A DNA stretch of 64,000 bases, from the NCBI GenBank assembly GCA_963803805.1, contig CAWDOD010000010.1, positions 384,001-448,000 of the forward strand, written 5' to 3'. The translations under genes and the position numbers were made by a program. The DNA is from an uncultured cyanobacterium. Its GTDB lineage: Bacteria > Cyanobacteriota > Cyanobacteriia > Cyanobacteriales > CAWCAG01. The notes beneath the pieces were generated by a model. It saw nothing but the letters and a program-made list of their open reading frames with translations, was not told the origin of the DNA and ran no database searches. Below are positions 58,913 through 64,000 of this stretch, piece after piece (the stretch's first letter is position 1; every line of letters starts with the position of its first letter).

Positions 58913-60532
58913 TTAAATGCTGCTGGATTTTGAATGAGTAAACGCTTCTTGCCGATGCTTCAGGAGAGTTTCTTGAGGCAGAAGCCCTTGGAGATGATTC
59001 CAGGGTAAAATTTGCTCAGTAGACCAGTTTTGATGGACGTAGAAATCTAGGTTGGGTAACTTACCTTGTAATTGCTTAAAAGCGCGTTTGTAACTTCCTA
59101 AAGAATCGCCGTAGTCGCGAGTAAGTTCTAATAATGGTGTCAAACGCCTATCCCCCCTGGATATTAAAGCTTGAATCACTGACCAATTGTAACTCTCTGG
59201 CCGAAAATCAACGCCTTGGGAACGTAATTGTTTTTGTAGGAATTTGAGACGCTTTTGAGATTGGGAGTTAACCCCAAACCATTGAAAAGGAGTGTGGGAT
59301 TTGGGTACAAAGGTGCTGCAACCTAAGCTTAAACGTAAACCGGGGGCAGCTTTTTTAATTGCTTGCATCATGGTTACTGTTGCTTCAACATCTTCAATTT
59401 CTTCCCCAGGAAGCCCCACCATACCATATAACTTTAATCCCTTTAATCCGCCAGCTTTGGCATTAATGGCTGCTTGAATTATTTCCTCGTTTGTCAACTT
59501 CTTATTAATAATCTGGCGTAATTTCTCTGAACCAGTTTCTACAGCGACGGTAAGGGAATTAGTGCCTCTGTTAGCTAAGGTTTTTGCTAAGTTTTCTGTT
59601 ACGGTATTAGTACGAACTGAAGCAATACTTAACCTTACCTGTTCATATTTAGGTTGAGAAAGATAAGCTAATAAATCATTGAATTCTGGATGTTGGGTTA
59701 CTGATGCCCCTAATAAACCGATACGATTAGTAACTTTTAGTCCCCTTTCAATGGCTGGAATTAAGGAAGTTTCTAAACTGGCGCTACGAAAAGGTAAAGT
59801 AAGATAACTTGCTAGGCAAAAGCGACACATTTCTGGACAACTGCGTACCACCTCCACCATATAAATGTTTTCCCAAGCAGCTTTTTCCGTCACTACTGTA
59901 GAAGCAGAAAGAATATTACCTCGGTAGGTTTGTTTATAAATTTGGGGAGGAATATCCTCAAAAATAGGTTCAATGGTTGCGATCGCCCCTTCTGGATCAG
60001 TGTAGGTTACTTCATATAAACTAGGAACATAAATTCCTGGAACCTTTGCTAAATGCTTTAATTGAGTTAAGCGTTCTGCATTCCTAACTTCTTGATAAGC
60101 ATTAATAAAATCATCAAGGAGATTTTCTCCATCTCCCAGAAGAATAATATCAAAAAAAGCGGCAAAGGGTTCAGGATTAGCGGTTAAAACTGGTCCTCCA
60201 CCAAAAACCAGGGGATGGGAATCATTTCTAATTTTGGAATGAAAGGGAATAGCTAACTTTTCTAACAGGTTGAGAATGTTGATGTAATCTAATTCCCAAG
60301 AAAGGGAAAAACCTAACAATTCCGAATTTCTTGGTAAGGATTCTTGAGTATCTGTAAACAGACGACTAACATCTAAATCAGAGCGTTTGGCTAAAGTAGC
60401 CCAAACAATTTGATAACCTAAACTAGTAATACCGACACTGTATTGATTAGGGAAAGCGAAAATAACCGGAATAGCATCGTGATCCGGAGAAGTTGGGGTG
60501 AAAAGAAGGTTTTCTTGGTTAAATACGCTCAC
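58913..60532 (-). CDS. B12-binding-like domain radical SAM protein
   Basis: FPNQYSVGITSLG, GGPVLTANPEP, CPEMCRFC (CxxxCxxC). Confidence 0.9.
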   Translation of the reverse strand: MSVFNQENLLFTPTSPDHDAIPVIFAFPNQYSVGITSLGYQIVWATLAKRSDLDVSRLFTDTQESLPRNSELLGFSLSWELDYINILNLLEKLAIPFHSKIRNDSHPLVFGGGPVLTANPEPFAAFFDIILLGDGENLLDDFINAYQEVRNAERLTQLKHLAKVPGIYVPSLYEVTYTDPEGAIATIEPIFEDIPPQIYKQTYRGNILSASTVVTEKAAWENIYMVEVVRSCPEMCRFCLASYLTLPFRSASLETSLIPAIERGLKVTNRIGLLGASVTQHPEFNDLLAYLSQPKYEQVRLSIASVRTNTVTENLAKTLANRGTNSLTVAVETGSEKLRQIINKKLTNEEIIQAAINAKAGGLKGLKLYGMVGLPGEEIEDVEATVTMMQAIKKAAPGLRLSLGCSTFVPKSHTPFQWFGVNSQSQKRLKFLQKQLRSQGVDFRPESYNWSVIQALISRGDRRLTPLLELTRDYGDSLGSYKRAFKQLQGKLPNLDFYVHQNWSTEQILPWNHLQGLLPQETLLKHRQEAFTHSKSSSI

Positions 60533-60651
60533 AAATACAAGTACGATAAAGTATGGGTAAAATCTTAATTTTTAATTTTTAATTTTCTCTTATGAGAAGC
60601 TTAAGCCAATAATTTTTAATTAATACTATCCCCTATTCCCTTTAATAATAT

Positions 60652-60984
60652 ATGGATTACAAAACCGCCCGTAAATTTCTAATTAAACAAGGAACCCTAA
60701 CTGATCCTAACACTGAGACTTTACTCAAACGTCTCCGGGAAAGCCAAGCCCCTATACCAGGTCAAGTAACCAATATTTTGCTGGCTTTAAAAATCTTGTG
60801 GGAAAACTTGCAAAAATCCCCAGAACTAGAAAAAGAATTAATTTACCCTCTTTATTTATTAGCTTATAAAAGCAGACAATTCTATGAACAAGGACGTAGA
60901 TCAAGGGTGAATTGGCCTCCATTATTAGATGAAGACTTAGAACGCATTGCTGAGGCGGTAGGTAAAGTTTTTTCTAGTCATTAG
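60652..60984 (+). CDS. Hypothetical protein
   Basis: 110-aa helical ORF (PIPGQVT.ILLALK, WPPLLDEDL) with no nucleotide-binding motif. Confidence 0.75.
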   Translation: MDYKTARKFLIKQGTLTDPNTETLLKRLRESQAPIPGQVTNILLALKILWENLQKSPELEKELIYPLYLLAYKSRQFYEQGRRSRVNWPPLLDEDLERIAEAVGKVFSSH

Positions 60985-61165
60985 ATTACCATTCTCCTGC
61001 TGCAAATATTTGTTTTGCACTTAGATTTAATTTAGGGAAAGTTGGGGAGACGATCATCTCATCTCCTCGAAACTGTTGCATCTGATACTCACCGTCTACT
61101 AAAGTACAAACAGAGAATGTAGGTTGCTTGGGGGAACCATTGTTCTACAGTTATACCACTTCTGC

Positions 61166-62485
61166 TTAAAGGGCTGAGTCCTGAGTTTCTATAAATTCAG
61201 GGAATTTCGTTATCCCTAATTCTCCCTCTTCCGTTACCCTCCAAACCTCGTAACTACCTACTACTACATCACCATTATTATCTAAATCAACATTACCGCT
61301 AACCCCTTGATAATTAATAGCTTTGCCTTCCCGCAATAACTCCATTCCTCGACAAACATCCTTAACCTCTTCTTTCTCCTCTGGCTTTTCTCCTGGATTT
61401 GCCACTGCCATAAGGTTACTTTTAATGCCTAGTCCTGTATTTTCTTGGGCTGCTTCTGCTGCTAGCATCAAAAGCATCGTTGCATCCCAAGTTTGGGCTA
61501 AAAAAGGAGTAATATTTTCCCCCGTTTGCTGATTCCAAAAAGAAGCGAATTCCGACAGCCCCATACCATTTGCCCCAGGTATTAGCCCCAAAACCCCAGT
61601 AATAATCGATCTATTATTGCTATCTTTAGGCATTTGTTGAGGAAAAGCTAGAGAATAAATACTATCGGTAGGAATAAATATTGCTTGCTTATTAAAACCA
61701 TGATTGTAAGCAGACTCTAACAACAAATTTCCTGTTTCTAGATTGCCCACAATTAGGACAGCTTCAGAATTACCATCAAAGGCTGCCATGGCTTCTTTGT
61801 CGAAATTGACTGCCGTAGGATCATAATGTATAGGTTCATCTTGATTGGTAACAATGCCTCCTTGGTTAGTGAAAGCATTAATAAATTCTTCCTCAAAGCC
61901 AATACCGTAATCGTTGTTAATCGCCACTGTTGCAATCTGGGTAAAGTCTTTTGCTAAGGCGAGTTTAGCAACTTGTTGGGCTTTAAGAATATCGCTTGAT
62001 ACTGTCCTTGTCCAATAACCCGCATAAGCCCTTTCTTCTCTCACCCTTTCTGTAAATACAGGACTAGTACTAGCCGGAGAAATTAGCATTACTTTATTAC
62101 GGGCAGCTATTTTCACAGCGCGATCACTTACACTGCTGGTAAAAGCCCCAACCACTCCAGCAACTTGATCTATTTCTACTAACTGATTCATCGCCTCTTC
62201 CCCCACAAGAGGATCAGCTTTGGTATCTGCAACAATTAATTGAACGGGTTGGTTATTAACACCACCACATTGATTAACTTTCTCCACTGCTAAGCTTACG
62301 GCTTGAGAAAGATTGTATCCTAGCAAAGTGGGGTCTTTTGTTTCTGGTAATAAAGCCCCTATTTTTAAAGGTTTTTCTCTTACCCCGCCAAATCTATTAC
62401 CCAGAAAAGAATTTTCGCAACCACTACTAAGTAAACAGATTATTAGGGCGATCGCAAGGAATAATTGGCGATTTGCTTGACCCAT
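61166..62485 (-). CDS. Branched-chain amino-acid-type ABC substrate-binding lipoprotein
   Basis: Lipobox SSGC, KIGALLP, ISPASTSP, NNDYG, INYQGVSG. Confidence 0.85.
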   Translation of the reverse strand: MGQANRQLFLAIALIICLLSSGCENSFLGNRFGGVREKPLKIGALLPETKDPTLLGYNLSQAVSLAVEKVNQCGGVNNQPVQLIVADTKADPLVGEEAMNQLVEIDQVAGVVGAFTSSVSDRAVKIAARNKVMLISPASTSPVFTERVREERAYAGYWTRTVSSDILKAQQVAKLALAKDFTQIATVAINNDYGIGFEEEFINAFTNQGGIVTNQDEPIHYDPTAVNFDKEAMAAFDGNSEAVLIVGNLETGNLLLESAYNHGFNKQAIFIPTDSIYSLAFPQQMPKDSNNRSIITGVLGLIPGANGMGLSEFASFWNQQTGENITPFLAQTWDATMLLMLAAEAAQENTGLGIKSNLMAVANPGEKPEEKEEVKDVCRGMELLREGKAINYQGVSGNVDLDNNGDVVVGSYEVWRVTEEGELGITKFPEFIETQDSAL

Positions 62486-62527
62486 AATTTTGTGAATGAT
62501 AAAGTTTTTTATTTAATTATCAAAAAA

Positions 62528-62735
62528 GTAGTGGCGTGACACGCCTAAAATGTTGCAATAGTAGAGGCGGGTTTACCAGTCAAATTGTGAGATTAACCTT
62601 AAACTAAATAAACCTGCCCTAATACACAATCTTAGCTGGGTCACACTAGTAGGGTGTGTTAATGAAATGTCACCCATCATTCATTATGAAGCTTCTAAAA
62701 AAAAGGTGCGTTACGCTACTGCTAACACACCCTAC
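62528..62735. repeat. Cluster of GTAG-type REP-like palindromes
   Basis: GTAGGGTGTGTTA (62649-62661) is inverted as TAACACACCCTAC (62723-62735). Also GTAG-AGGCGGGTTTA...TAAACCTGCC (from 62561) and GTAG-TGGCGTGACACGCC (from 62528). Confidence 0.75.
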
Positions 62736-62741
62736 GGTTTT

Positions 62742-63749
<1,008 letters not shown>

Positions 63750-63808
63750 TTATGCCAGCCTTTATATATTTATCGCAAACTGTTAATTTTATCTCAAAAG
63801 AGGATGGG

Positions 63809-64000
63809 TTAAAAATTATAAATTGTTAACAGAGGGTTAGAAGTTGCCAAAAATAAACAAAACCCAACAATCAATAAACAAAAAATACCAGCAACACCAG
63901 CTAAGGGTTTATTACCAATACCCGCTAACCATTGCCCTCCTTTACCTGTATAGGAAATTAATTCTGCTGAATCTAGGCAAGATAGTCCCCAAATCCAACT
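63809..64000 (-). CDS. 3' end of an unidentified membrane protein (starts beyond the window)
   Basis: Open frame SWIWGLSCLDSAELISYTGKGGQWLAGIGNKPLAGVAGIFCLLIVGFCLFLATSNPLLTIYNF*. Confidence 0.5.
   Translation of the reverse strand, partial: SWIWGLSCLDSAELISYTGKGGQWLAGIGNKPLAGVAGIFCLLIVGFCLFLATSNPLLTIYNF

Noticed and set aside
60652-60984. Dethiobiotin synthetase label sometimes attached to proteins like this
   Set aside because: At 110 aa with no P-loop, it is too short for BioD.

Overview
Chromosomal window from a cyanobacterium: psbZ, por, bicA, ycf23, frequent HIP1 GCGATCGC octamers and heptamer tandem repeats. Most of it is housekeeping (cysE, gmk, remA, rqcH, egtC/egtB, ribH, tRNA nucleotidyltransferase, tRNA-Arg(CCG), folD, cobH, ilvC). 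The notable part is 22.9-42.3 kb, which has three pieces. (i) A 1437-aa protein with an N-terminal RelE/ParE-like region, a complete SF1 (UvrD-type) helicase core and a long TPR-like helical tail. (ii) A ~10-kb urate/allantoin utilisation island (puuE, NCS2 permease, hpxO, uraH, uraD, porin, M20 amidohydrolase, stand-alone allophanate-hydrolase C-domain protein, GntR). It is bracketed by two diverged copies of the helicase gene's 3' end and carries four GTATACAGTATAC operator copies and three NtcA boxes. It also holds an unknown 62-aa two-repeat protein. (iii) A soluble 1587-aa UrtA/AmiC-like sensor + 7 PAS + class III adenylate cyclase. Also present: a Bpu10I-family restriction endonuclease whose methylase is frameshifted, an internally deleted xisH, a CHAT-domain remnant, a MITE-like element at an ankyrin gene start, a REP cluster and a candidate ~105-nt sRNA. 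Three single-base frameshifts may be assembly errors. No CRISPR array, integrase or transposase was seen. All family assignments come from motif recognition by eye, not from database searches.
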